Positions 26,114 to 35,796 of a stretch of DNA of 64,000 nucleotides are shown one piece after another. Origin of the DNA: a virus; the IMG/VR virus record IMGVR_UViG_3300045988_160931, positions 1-64,000 of that record. One strand, 5' to 3'. The stretch's first letter is position 1; each line of letters starts with the position of its first letter. The translations under genes were made by a program, and so were the position numbers. The notes beneath the pieces were generated by a model. The model saw only the letters and a list, made by a program, of their open reading frames with translations. It was not told the origin of the DNA and searched no databases.

Positions 26114-26955
26114 GAAATGATAAGGCAGTAACTGCAACAAAGTATATGGATGGTAAAAAAGTTAATTCTGCTACAGCTAAATGCCATCCAGATGATAAAT
26201 TCGATTTTAATGTTGGTGCAAAAATTGCTGTGGATAGATTAATTAGAGAGAATAATAATACAGATAGAAAGACTATTTATAAAACTCTGGGAGAAGCAAA
26301 AGAGGAAATAAAACAGAAAGTAGATAAATTAAAGGGGAAAATATCTTTTGAGGTAACAAGCAATTTTTGGGATAGCTTTAAGAAAGGTAAAATTCAAGTA
26401 AGGGTAACTTCTAAAAATATAAAAAGTTTTTTACAGATTGCTAAGAATAAAGGGATTGAATGGTGTAGTAAAGGTAAATTCAATCCGTTCGATTCTTATG
26501 ATTTTAGCAAAGTATATAGCAAAGTATACCTGGAGTATAAACCCAAAGGCGAATCGATTGACAATGGATTAAAATACAGTAATTATCGTGGTAAAGACAA
26601 AGTCATTGTAGATTGGAATGAAATTCTCTCATTGCTTCCTAATAGAACTGTCTATTCTAATGATTTTGACTGGGATAAATTTTTGAATGGCGAAGTTACT
26701 GTTCAGATGTCAAAAGAAGATTCGGTTTATTTCTTTTGGCAATTTTGTTTTGCCAAACTTACCTCGTATTTCTCTGGCATCGAAAAGGAATTTTATGATT
26801 TTAAGGATTACAATCCTTTTATGAATTTTGTTTTTACGCTCAATAAAAATGATTCGATTTGGTGCAAAATGAAAGATGGCAAACTTGTTTTTTGCAAGGC
26901 ATATGGATTATTCCCTATTATTCCTCTCTACAAATATAATGGGAAGAAAATTTGA
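26089..26955 (+). CDS. hypothetical protein
   Basis: AAGGAGAG SD. The N-terminal AKCHPDDKFDFNVGAKIAVDRL motif recurs in phage proteins of unknown function. Confidence 0.7.
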   Translation: MDEKIVVLRNDKAVTATKYMDGKKVNSATAKCHPDDKFDFNVGAKIAVDRLIRENNNTDRKTIYKTLGEAKEEIKQKVDKLKGKISFEVTSNFWDSFKKGKIQVRVTSKNIKSFLQIAKNKGIEWCSKGKFNPFDSYDFSKVYSKVYLEYKPKGESIDNGLKYSNYRGKDKVIVDWNEILSLLPNRTVYSNDFDWDKFLNGEVTVQMSKEDSVYFFWQFCFAKLTSYFSGIEKEFYDFKDYNPFMNFVFTLNKNDSIWCKMKDGKLVFCKAYGLFPIIPLYKYNGKKI

Positions 26956-27007
26956 TTCTCTTGTAATAAAAAAACTTTTGTAAAATAACGATTTTATTCG
27001 TGGCTTG

Positions 27008-27049
27008 ACTTTAGATTTGCTCTGAAAAATCGTATTATATAAGTGTAAG
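27008..27049 (+). promoter_or_regulatory. conserved bipartite promoter motif, copy B
   Basis: ACTTTAG-N16-CGTATTATATAAGTGTAAG. Confidence 0.55.
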
Positions 27050-27081
27050 CACTTGTCGCTGGTTCGACAGGTGCTTTTTTA
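27048..27081 (+). terminator. intrinsic terminator / leader hairpin
   Basis: 11-bp stem AGCACTTGTCG/CGACAGGTGCT (one G-U pair), 6-nt loop, T6 run; lies just downstream of motif B. Confidence 0.65.
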
Positions 27082-27111
27082 TTTCAATTTTTCCAGAAAG
27101 GTTGGGTGCTT

Positions 27112-28329
27112 ATGGCAGATAACAAAAAGAAGATTGCGAAGAAGGATTGGATTTCTAATTTTTCTTTGCTGGGTGTGGCAAAGGTAAACGATGATTATAC
27201 GTTTAAGATCGATGAAAAGAGCAATAGTTCAAATTGGATTTATTCCAGAATGAATCTTGGAATTGATTGTGGAGAGAAGAATGGAATTATCTATGCAAGC
27301 ATGAATGGCGGATATTCTGGTGACGGGAACAATGTGATTTATGCTCATGGCAAGAAGGAAGATGGGACAGACGATTTTGAATCCAGACTTGAAATTGACT
27401 GGAACGATCGTTTTGACGAATCCATTCTCGAAACCGTTGGAGATATGTGCTTTATCACAGTTGCTCTGGAAAAGACTGAATCCGGCAAACTGTTCAAGAA
27501 GAGATTTCTGTCTGAATATGATGCAATCGCATACTGCAATGAACATATTGCAGACGGTACGAAACTGTATATCCGTGGTAATCTAAAATATTCGATGTAT
27601 AATGGCAAGACAACAATTGATAAGGAAATCAAGAGCATTTCGATTGCAGCTTCTTCTATAAATGAAAATGCCGATGCTCAGACTAAGGATGATAGATTTG
27701 CAAAGTTTACTCAAACCATTTTGCTTGACAAGGATTCTTGTAATTTAAGAGATGTTGACAAGGAAACTGGGATGATGAATATCAATGCAACTGTTCTTGC
27801 TTATCTAAAAGAATATAACAACATTGAAGTTCGAGGGAATTTCCCGTATAAGGTTGGTTTTGAATTCCATTTGAATCTTGAAAATCAAAAGCAGTGCAAG
27901 ATGTGCTATGATAAGCTTTTCAAGGTTAAGAAGGGATATACACAGATTACATTTGAGGGCGAATTTGTAGAATCTGGTGCCGTTATTACTCCGTCTTGGG
28001 ATGATATTCCAGATGATATTAAAGAACTCGTTGAAATGAACGTATTTACTAAGGAAGAAGCTTTGGAGAAGTGTGCTGCATCTGGAACAAAAGAAAAGAA
28101 GATGATTCTTACTAAGCCTTATATCAAAAAGGTAAATAAGAACGATACAATTACGGCAGTTCTCCAAAAGTTTGAGGAAAGATATTCCGAAGATGATTTG
28201 TATTTGGATTATCTTTATCAGAAGGATGATGTTTCCAACGATGAAGCAGAAATAGAAAATAAATCTTCTGAGTCGGATAGTGATATGAGTTGGCTTGATG
28301 ATCTGGATGCTTTCGAGGAAATTGTATAA
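27112..28329 (+). CDS. putative ssDNA-binding / recombination-associated protein with an acidic C-terminal tail
   Basis: Sits directly upstream of the Sak4-like ATPase; C-terminus is SDSDMSWLDDLDAFEEIV. The function call is inference only. Confidence 0.5.
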   Translation: MADNKKKIAKKDWISNFSLLGVAKVNDDYTFKIDEKSNSSNWIYSRMNLGIDCGEKNGIIYASMNGGYSGDGNNVIYAHGKKEDGTDDFESRLEIDWNDRFDESILETVGDMCFITVALEKTESGKLFKKRFLSEYDAIAYCNEHIADGTKLYIRGNLKYSMYNGKTTIDKEIKSISIAASSINENADAQTKDDRFAKFTQTILLDKDSCNLRDVDKETGMMNINATVLAYLKEYNNIEVRGNFPYKVGFEFHLNLENQKQCKMCYDKLFKVKKGYTQITFEGEFVESGAVITPSWDDIPDDIKELVEMNVFTKEEALEKCAASGTKEKKMILTKPYIKKVNKNDTITAVLQKFEERYSEDDLYLDYLYQKDDVSNDEAEIENKSSESDSDMSWLDDLDAFEEIV

Positions 28330-28345
28330 GTTTGGAGGTTGAAAT

Positions 28346-29446
28346 ATGGCAAGAAAATTTGGGAAAAAGAATAAAGTTTCATTAAATCCATTGGATGCGA
28401 ACATCTGTCTGCTTGGACTCCCTAAGATCGGGAAAACTACGATTTGTAAAGAAATGGCAGAAAAACTTGTTGGCGAAGATGGCTATCTGTTTTTGGAAAT
28501 GTATCGTGAAAATGGTGCGAAATATATTGAAGATATTGTATATGAGGATGTCCCTGATTGGGATTCGTTCTGTGATATTATTGATGATATTATCGATAAC
28601 AGAACAACTGATTATAAAGACTTAAAAGTTGTGTTTATTGATACAATTGATAATGCAATTCAGCTTGCAGAACAAGAATCAATCCGACTTTGGAATAAAG
28701 AAAATCCATCAAAAAGAACAAATGCTATCAATGCTGCATGGGGCGGTTTTATGAAGGGGCAGGACAAAGCAATGGATTTATTGCAAGAAAAGCTTTTTGC
28801 TCTACGTAGTGTTGGAATTGCATTCGCTGTTATCGGACACGTTCGGCAAACAACTGTTACAGACCCTATTACTAATGAGTCATATCAGCAAATTACGTCT
28901 GATGTTTCTCAAAGATATTTTAATCAATTAAAGAAAAACATTGATTTAATCGGGATTGCTTATATCGATCGAGAATTAACTAAAAGCAAGGTTAATGGGA
29001 AAGAATTGTCAACTGTAAAATCTGAAACAAGAAAAATCAAATTCAGAGATGACAATTACACAGTTGATAGTGGTAGCCGTATGAGTCAAATTGTAAATGA
29101 ATGCAATTTTTCGGCAGACGAATTTATCAAGGCAATGACAGACGCATTAAAAGCTGAAATCGAGAAGAGCGGTAAGTCTGTTTCTGAACGTAAAGCAGAA
29201 AATGAAAAAGAAGAACAGGAAAATATGGAACGAATTGCAGAAAACGAAAAGGCGGCAAAGGCAAAAAAGTCTATTGAACCCTTGATCGAAGAAATTTCTA
29301 CGTTCCTTTCAAACAATAAGAGTGAAATTTCAAAAGTAAAGCCTGTAGTTGTAAAGATTCGTGAATGTGGATACTCAAAGCCCACGGATATTGATTCAAA
29401 GGAAGATGCAGAAGCAATTCTTGAATTGATTCATTCTTTAGAGTGA
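28346..29446 (+). CDS. AAA_24 / Sak4-like RecA-fold ATPase
   Basis: Walker A GLPKIGKTT near the N-terminus, Walker B VVFIDTID, lysine/glutamate-rich C-terminus. Confidence 0.7.
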   Translation: MARKFGKKNKVSLNPLDANICLLGLPKIGKTTICKEMAEKLVGEDGYLFLEMYRENGAKYIEDIVYEDVPDWDSFCDIIDDIIDNRTTDYKDLKVVFIDTIDNAIQLAEQESIRLWNKENPSKRTNAINAAWGGFMKGQDKAMDLLQEKLFALRSVGIAFAVIGHVRQTTVTDPITNESYQQITSDVSQRYFNQLKKNIDLIGIAYIDRELTKSKVNGKELSTVKSETRKIKFRDDNYTVDSGSRMSQIVNECNFSADEFIKAMTDALKAEIEKSGKSVSERKAENEKEEQENMERIAENEKAAKAKKSIEPLIEEISTFLSNNKSEISKVKPVVVKIRECGYSKPTDIDSKEDAEAILELIHSLE

Positions 29447-29454
29447 GATTTGAT

Positions 29455-29910
29455 ATGCTAGATAAAAAACAAGAAAAGGAATATTTCGATAAATTATACG
29501 AATATGTAAAGTCCGTTTTAGGATATGACGAAAATCAAGCTTTACCACAATGGTTTATATTACGATTAAAAGGACTTGCAACAGGCAGGTACTTAGCGAA
29601 TAATCATATAAAATCTCGTGCGAATTATTCTAATTTTGTTATTCTAAGTACATTCAAATTTTGTCGTAGTAAAATCGAGTATGCTCTTTCAAATGTTGTT
29701 TTTTCAAATGAAAAGCACAAGTTGAATTACATATTGAAAATCGTAGAATCGAACCTGAATGATGTATATGAAAGAATAAAAACGGCAAGAAAGAATGAAA
29801 AGGCACTCTTAAAAGAAGAAAATCCCAGTGATTATCAAAACAATTTTTCTAAAGATGATGTAAATGACACAAATCAAGATAAAAACAAAAGGTATAAAAC
29901 AATGTGGTAA
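29455..29910 (+). CDS. hypothetical protein
   Basis: ATG 29455 follows GAGTGAG. Confidence 0.6.
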   Translation: MLDKKQEKEYFDKLYEYVKSVLGYDENQALPQWFILRLKGLATGRYLANNHIKSRANYSNFVILSTFKFCRSKIEYALSNVVFSNEKHKLNYILKIVESNLNDVYERIKTARKNEKALLKEENPSDYQNNFSKDDVNDTNQDKNKRYKTMW

Positions 29911-29930
29911 TGAAGGAAGGAGCGTGATTT

Positions 29931-31439
29931 ATGGCAGAAAAAAATGCAATTGCACTAACTCCTTTTGAAAAAGAACAGCTTGAAATCCAGAAGAAGATAT
30001 TAGAATATAAACTTTCCCCAGAAGCGAATATTGTAGGGACGATCTATAAGAATCCAAATCTAATTTATGAGATTGATTTGACATTAGCTGACTTTCATCA
30101 TAATCAATGGAAAGTATTCTTTAAGATTGCCTATGATATGATCTTCGTAGAAAAAGCAAATGTGTTACTTGATGATTGTACAATTGGTTTATACCTAAGA
30201 AAACATGAAAAATTAAAGAAAAAGTATGATGAGTATGGTGGGTTTGAAGCAATTCTGAATACTACCACCTATATTAAAGAAGAGAATTTCTTTTCATATA
30301 TTTCTGAATTGAAGAAGTGGCAAACAGTATTTCAATTGTCAAAAGACGGTTGTTTGATTGACAAGAAAAAACTTAGTGAATATGCTGATATGTCACTTGA
30401 TGAGATTTACGATGATTTCGAAGTGCTTTTGAATCATACATTTGTTAGTGTATCTGAAAATGTAAAAAGCTATAACGTCTTTGAGGGGATGAATGAATTT
30501 ATTGATGAACTCAATTCCTGTAAAGATGTTGGAATGCCTTTTTATAATGCCAACCTTTTAACAGAAACCACAGGCGGTTTTAATCTGAACGGGAATATTT
30601 ATGGGCTGGGCGGTACATCTGGTACAGGCAAATCTACAATGGCATTTAATTATATCGTACCTTCTGCAATTGAAAATGATCTCCCTGTTGTTTTTATTAT
30701 CAATGAAGAAGATGAAAGAAAGTTCAAAAAGGAATTATTGGTATGGGTTGCGAACAATATCTTCAAAGAAGAACTCCATAAGCACGTTTTGAGAGATGGT
30801 AAATTTACCGATGAAGTGTTATCACTGCTTCGCAAATGTGCAAAGTGGATTGAAGATAAAAAAGATAGACATATTCTTACTGTGATTCCGTTGGAACGCT
30901 ACTCTGTAAATATTGCTATTAAAATCATTCGCAAATATTCTTCTGCATTTGGGGTAAAACTTTTTGTTCTTGATACATTAAAAGAAAGCGCCGATTCTAA
31001 ATCAGATGAAATTTTTCGCAGTATGATGCGAGATATGGTAAAGCTGTATGACGTTGTGAAACCTGCTTGCAAAAATGTTGGGTTACTTGTAACGTATCAG
31101 CTTGGAAAACAAGCATTAAAAATTCGGCATTTGACAAATAACGAAATCGGACAGGCTAAATCAATCATTGATGTCATGTCAGTAAATATCATGATTCGGA
31201 GACCGTATGATGATGAATATGAAGATGAAAAGCGAGAACTAAAATGTTATAAACTAGATGGCGTAAATCGTAAAACGAAAATTCCATTTAAGCTAAATCG
31301 AGATAAAAACTACATGATTATTTTTATCACAAAAAATAGATTCGGCGAAACTGATGCAAGACAGATCGTAGCAGAGTGCGATTTAAGTACAGATATATAT
31401 AAAGAGATTGGATATTGTCATGTACCACAAGATTTTTAA
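29931..31439 (+). CDS. dnaB: DnaB-type replicative DNA helicase
   Basis: Walker A GGTSGTGKST, Walker B LFVLDTLKE, DnaB-like N-domain. Confidence 0.8.
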   Translation: MAEKNAIALTPFEKEQLEIQKKILEYKLSPEANIVGTIYKNPNLIYEIDLTLADFHHNQWKVFFKIAYDMIFVEKANVLLDDCTIGLYLRKHEKLKKKYDEYGGFEAILNTTTYIKEENFFSYISELKKWQTVFQLSKDGCLIDKKKLSEYADMSLDEIYDDFEVLLNHTFVSVSENVKSYNVFEGMNEFIDELNSCKDVGMPFYNANLLTETTGGFNLNGNIYGLGGTSGTGKSTMAFNYIVPSAIENDLPVVFIINEEDERKFKKELLVWVANNIFKEELHKHVLRDGKFTDEVLSLLRKCAKWIEDKKDRHILTVIPLERYSVNIAIKIIRKYSSAFGVKLFVLDTLKESADSKSDEIFRSMMRDMVKLYDVVKPACKNVGLLVTYQLGKQALKIRHLTNNEIGQAKSIIDVMSVNIMIRRPYDDEYEDEKRELKCYKLDGVNRKTKIPFKLNRDKNYMIIFITKNRFGETDARQIVAECDLSTDIYKEIGYCHVPQDF

Positions 31440-31456
31440 TAGGTAGGTAAGCAATA

Positions 31457-32527
31457 ATGGAAGTCATGGAACTAAAAAAATATATTTGTGACAACAATAA
31501 AATTGAACTTATTTTAGAGCAATTAGGTTGCCATGACATTCATTATCGAGAGGATAAAGAAATTTATTCTGCTGCATTTCCAGATGGCGATAACCCACAG
31601 GGCGTAAATATTCGTGAAAATGACTACTTAAATTACAGAAGTTTTAGCAGAAACGTTTCGTTTAGTGACAAAAAAGATTTGATTTCTTTGGTTGAGTATA
31701 TAAAGAAAATTTCTTTCGTTGAATCGTTGCGATGGTTACATAAGGTATTGCAAATACCATTTACCGCAAAGCACCAAGTTACTAGTTCAATCAAAAAAAT
31801 CAATATCAATCAAATTTTTATTGATGCTAAAACAAGTTGTCACAAAGTTAATGTCGCAGATGTAAAAACAATAGATGAAACCATCTTAGATGATTATATC
31901 CCAATGCTACATATATCTTGGATAAAAGAAGGGATAATGCCTTGGACAAGAAAAAAATTTGGGATAGCATATTCTTATCGTAGGAACAGAATTATTATTC
32001 CGATTCGATATTTTGCCACAGGTGAACTACTTGGCATAAACAGTAGAACAACTATCCCAAACTATGATTTATTTGGCATCAAAAAATATTGTCTAACAAA
32101 GACGTATCAAAAAAGTATGAATCTATATGGGCTTTATGAAAATTATAATTCAATCTTAAAATCAAAACTTGTGGTTGTTTTTGAATCTGAAAAATCTGCC
32201 TTAAAAAGGGACAGCTTACTTGATAATAACTGTGTTGCGATTCAAGGGAAATCGTTAAGTGAGGAACAGGTAAGAATCCTAATTGGACTAGATGTAGAGA
32301 TTGTATTTGCTCTTGATAAGGATGTTTGTATTGAAGATATTTGGTTTATGTGTGAGAAGTTTTATGGAATTCGGATTGTATCTTATATTTGTGATGCTGA
32401 TGGTCTAGTACATGAAAAAGAATCACCTGCTGATTGTAGTGATGCGATTTACAGAAGGTTGCTTAAAAATAGAAAAAGATATGGATATTCAGAGCATCAA
32501 AATTATTTGAGGAGTTTAGAGAAATGA
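31457..32527 (+). CDS. Toprim-domain DNA primase
   Basis: VVVFESEKSALK (Toprim E) and FALDKD (DxD); positioned after the helicase. Confidence 0.7.
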   Translation: MEVMELKKYICDNNKIELILEQLGCHDIHYREDKEIYSAAFPDGDNPQGVNIRENDYLNYRSFSRNVSFSDKKDLISLVEYIKKISFVESLRWLHKVLQIPFTAKHQVTSSIKKININQIFIDAKTSCHKVNVADVKTIDETILDDYIPMLHISWIKEGIMPWTRKKFGIAYSYRRNRIIIPIRYFATGELLGINSRTTIPNYDLFGIKKYCLTKTYQKSMNLYGLYENYNSILKSKLVVVFESEKSALKRDSLLDNNCVAIQGKSLSEEQVRILIGLDVEIVFALDKDVCIEDIWFMCEKFYGIRIVSYICDADGLVHEKESPADCSDAIYRRLLKNRKRYGYSEHQNYLRSLEK

Positions 32528-33702
32528 GAGTGTTAAGTTTGTTTGACGGTATGTCTTGCGGAATGCTTGCTTTTCAGAAATGCGGAATTAAAATTGATGA
32601 ATATGTTGCTTATGAAATTGATAAATATGCTGTAAAAACAAGTAAGCATAATTTCCAGAACATTAAACATATGGGAGATGTTTTTGAAGCAGATTTTTCT
32701 AATTACTATGGTTTTGATTTTATAGTGGGGGGAAGCCCTTGTACATATTGGAGTATTGCTCAGTCAAAAGATAAAAGAGAAACTGCTGCTTCTGGACTTG
32801 GATGGGATTTATTTTCTCAGTATGTTAGAGCATTAAAAGAAGTCAAACCAAAATATTTTATATATGAAAACAATAAATCAATGAGCAAACAGATAAGGGA
32901 ATCTATCTCCGAAACTTTTGGATTTGAACCAATTTGTATCAATAGTGCTTTAGTTTCTGCACAGAACAGACAAAGGCTATATTGGGTAGGAAGAAGAAAT
33001 AATAACGGAACTTATGATAAAGTTGATATTTCATTACCAAAAGATAATAAAATTTTATTGCGTGATATTTTAGAGGTAACAACAGTTGAAAAGGGATATG
33101 AATTAGCCGAACCAGCATGTATGCGTTATGAACGCACGGAAGAGGGGAAAAAACTGCGAAAAGCTTACGAAGCACATGAAATTAAACACAGGTATCATGA
33201 ACTACATGAATTAGCACCACGGCTGGATGGGAAAACAAACACATTAAGTACAGTGCTAAAAGATAATCCGATTTGCATACCCATTAGAATTGGCACGATT
33301 AAAAACGAATTACAGAACAAAAAACATGACAGCAGGCAATATAGGGTATATTCGCCGGACGCTAAAAGTGTAACACTTTGTGCTGGCGGTGGTGGTATAG
33401 GAGAAAAAACAGGATTATATATGGTGCCGTATAAATCAGAAAAGTCGAAAAATAAAGTTATTGAAGTGTACGAGTGTCGTAATGGCATAATTACTATTAA
33501 GAACAAATCCTACCCAATCAAGTTATGTGACGGATTTTATATTATTCGCAAACTAACAATTGAAGAATGCAAAAGATTGCAAACAGTTCCAGAGTGGTAT
33601 GAGTTTCCTGTAAGTAATACTCAGGCATATAAAATGCTGGGGAATGGATGGACAGTGGATGTTATTGTCCATATAATAAAGTCTATTTTAGGTGAGGAAT
33701 AA
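32524..33702 (+). CDS. DNA (cytosine-5)-methyltransferase
   Basis: Motif I LFDGMSCG, motif IV GGSPCTYWS, motif VI ENNKSM, motif VIII QNRQRLYW, motif X GNGWTVDV. Confidence 0.9.
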   Translation: MRVLSLFDGMSCGMLAFQKCGIKIDEYVAYEIDKYAVKTSKHNFQNIKHMGDVFEADFSNYYGFDFIVGGSPCTYWSIAQSKDKRETAASGLGWDLFSQYVRALKEVKPKYFIYENNKSMSKQIRESISETFGFEPICINSALVSAQNRQRLYWVGRRNNNGTYDKVDISLPKDNKILLRDILEVTTVEKGYELAEPACMRYERTEEGKKLRKAYEAHEIKHRYHELHELAPRLDGKTNTLSTVLKDNPICIPIRIGTIKNELQNKKHDSRQYRVYSPDAKSVTLCAGGGGIGEKTGLYMVPYKSEKSKNKVIEVYECRNGIITIKNKSYPIKLCDGFYIIRKLTIEECKRLQTVPEWYEFPVSNTQAYKMLGNGWTVDVIVHIIKSILGEE

Positions 33703-33706
33703 AACT

Positions 33707-33955
33707 ATGATTTTATACGTTCGTAAGAATGGCAAATATGGAGAAATAAAGGGAAATAAAGGACTTAGAGAGAGTAATTTTTCATGCCAAAAAGTGGCAG
33801 TTTTAGATAATTTTCAGAGTGTAATAGGATATATCAAAAATTACTGTAAAACAAAAGATTTCACTATCCATTACATAAGAACGTGGACAAAAGATGATAG
33901 AACGTATATTGATTATGGTAACCATGACGAACTGTTCTTTGTTAATTGGCATTAA
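33707..33955 (+). CDS. hypothetical protein
   Basis: ATG 33707 lies 9 nt after GGTGAGGA. Confidence 0.6.
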   Translation: MILYVRKNGKYGEIKGNKGLRESNFSCQKVAVLDNFQSVIGYIKNYCKTKDFTIHYIRTWTKDDRTYIDYGNHDELFFVNWH

Positions 33956-33995
33956 TTAGCTGTAATGGATGCAACTTAAATATAAAGGAGATTTG

Positions 33996-34157
33996 ATGAT
34001 AGGTTTTATTTGCTTAACAGGTTGTATTTCCTGTACATTAAGTATTATTTTTAAGTATAAGAAAATGGAAGTCGCAAGTATTGTCTCTTTGTGCTACAGC
34101 TGTGCTGCACTTGGATTCTCATTTTGTGATATTCTTTTAAGATTTTGGAGAGAGTAA
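33996..34157 (+). CDS. small membrane protein (53 aa)
   Basis: ATG 33996 follows AAAGGAG; two hydrophobic segments. Confidence 0.45.
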   Translation: MIGFICLTGCISCTLSIIFKYKKMEVASIVSLCYSCAALGFSFCDILLRFWRE

Positions 34158-34189
34158 AAATAAACAAATTGAAAGGAATATGAATAAAA

Positions 34190-34594
34190 TTGTCTAAGTT
34201 GTGTGAAGAGTGTAATTTTCGGGGTGTGGATATCGCACACTATCCGTGCAATGAATGTTGCGAAATTATATGTATTAGTACTGAGAAGTTTCCGAATCAT
34301 TTTGAGCCGATATCGGAAGAACGCCACTACAATGATATCACAGACAGATGTATAACTGCGGAAACACCGGTGAATAACGTGGAACATCCGGCGCATTATA
34401 TGGGAACATCCATTGAGTGCATTGATGCCATGAGAGAAACGCAGGGTGTTGAAGCTGTGAAAAATTTCTGCATCTGCAATGCGTTCAAGTATTTGTGGCG
34501 GCACGAGAAAAAGAACGGTGTTGAGGATGTAAAGAAAGCAGCGTGGTATCTGAATAAATTTATTGAACTAGAAACAGGTGAGAAAAATAAGTAA
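34190..34594 (+). CDS. DUF3310-family protein
   Basis: HPAHYMGTSIECIDAM...FCICNAFKYLWRHEKKNGVEDVKKAAWYL. Start is uncertain (TTG 34190 or in-frame ATA 34184). Confidence 0.7.
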   Translation: MSKLCEECNFRGVDIAHYPCNECCEIICISTEKFPNHFEPISEERHYNDITDRCITAETPVNNVEHPAHYMGTSIECIDAMRETQGVEAVKNFCICNAFKYLWRHEKKNGVEDVKKAAWYLNKFIELETGEKNK

Positions 34595-34958
34595 ATACAT
34601 CAATACAAACGCCCTTATCAGAATTATTGATGCTCAGATGAGTAACATTGAACGTCTTAAACAAATTCAAGATAAAGAAATTCAAGAAGGAAATAAATGT
34701 CAGTGTACAGTACACTTTGATACAAAACTTGAAACTTTTAACAATGTTCTTGAAACGATTGATGAGATGCAAGGAGCAGATGTAGCACCTGTTGTTCATG
34801 CTACGTGGATACACTTTGGGTCTGGTTTTCATTATTTGTGTTCCAGATGCAAATATAAACCATTGCAAGTAACGTATAATTTCTGCCCTAATTGTGGGGC
34901 AAAAATGGGGTTTGAGCGATTTGGGTATGAGCGAGGAGAAAATGCAGAAAATGAGTGA
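34578..34958 (+). CDS. zinc-ribbon protein
   Basis: C-terminal CSRCKY...CPNCGAKM; start uncertain. Confidence 0.55.
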   Translation: MRKISKYINTNALIRIIDAQMSNIERLKQIQDKEIQEGNKCQCTVHFDTKLETFNNVLETIDEMQGADVAPVVHATWIHFGSGFHYLCSRCKYKPLQVTYNFCPNCGAKMGFERFGYERGENAENE

Positions 34959-35175
34959 GATCAGATTAAAACCCTGTCTAATATGTGGAAAGATGCCAAA
35001 AGTCAAAAGAAATTATGCGTATGAAGCAAGTGGATTTGGAGCATGGTGTACGATTCAGTGCAAGCCGTTTTTTAGAAAACCTCATCTAAAAATAGAAGAG
35101 GGGAAATCTATGTGGAATAGAGCGTATAAGTATGCAATTATGGATTGGAATAGAATGGTTGAGGAGATGAACTGA
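34942..35175 (+). CDS. Lar-like zinc-ribbon protein
   Basis: IRLKPCLICGKMP signature; start is ATG 34942 or 34951. Confidence 0.5.
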   Translation: MQKMSEIRLKPCLICGKMPKVKRNYAYEASGFGAWCTIQCKPFFRKPHLKIEEGKSMWNRAYKYAIMDWNRMVEEMN

Positions 35176-35176
35176 A

Positions 35177-35356
35177 ATGAATGAAAAGGCAGAAGTGAAA
35201 TGCGGCAAGTCTGGCGTGTTTGTCACTGAGGAACAGCTAAAAAAGATCAAAGGTGAGTTCTGGAATGAAAGCAGCGAGGTTCTCGGCTATGACATGATTG
35301 AAATTGACGAAGCGTATGATATTGTGTGTAGGTGTATCGGGTACGAGGAGGAATAG
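35177..35356 (+). CDS. small hypothetical protein (59 aa)
   Basis: ATG 35177 follows GAGGAG; fills a gap; below the ORF-track cutoff. Confidence 0.45.
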   Translation: MNEKAEVKCGKSGVFVTEEQLKKIKGEFWNESSEVLGYDMIEIDEAYDIVCRCIGYEEE

Positions 35357-35359
35357 CAC

Positions 35360-35752
35360 ATGAAGAAAAGAATTATCGCAGCTGTAACCGCTGTGTGCAT
35401 GATGGCTGTATCTATGACAGGATGTACAGAAGCGGAAAGAGCAACGTATAACGTCCAGAAAGAAGCTGATTATTTTAATGTAGAACGGCGTTTGTCTGTC
35501 ATCAATGCTAGAACGGATAAACCGATCTTGGAACTGATCGGATACTTTTCGTTATCTAATAATAATAATAACGAACTTGTTATTACGCTTGAAGTTGCTC
35601 AGAATCAGTATAAAGTGGATTATGTCTATCTGAATGACTGGACGATTTACACAGTAGAGGACATCAATGGCGCACACGTTGACCCATATCATTATGAGAT
35701 CAATTTTTTGCCAGAGATGATTCAGCCTGTTAAATTTACACAGAATGATTAA
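35360..35752 (+). CDS. lipoprotein
   Basis: Signal peptide MKKRIIAAVTAVCMMAVSMTGC with lipobox MTGC; GAGGAGGA SD. Confidence 0.75.
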   Translation: MKKRIIAAVTAVCMMAVSMTGCTEAERATYNVQKEADYFNVERRLSVINARTDKPILELIGYFSLSNNNNNELVITLEVAQNQYKVDYVYLNDWTIYTVEDINGAHVDPYHYEINFLPEMIQPVKFTQND

Positions 35753-35796
35753 GCATTTGAAAGATGTATAAGTCCTAAAAGGAGAAAAAGATAATT

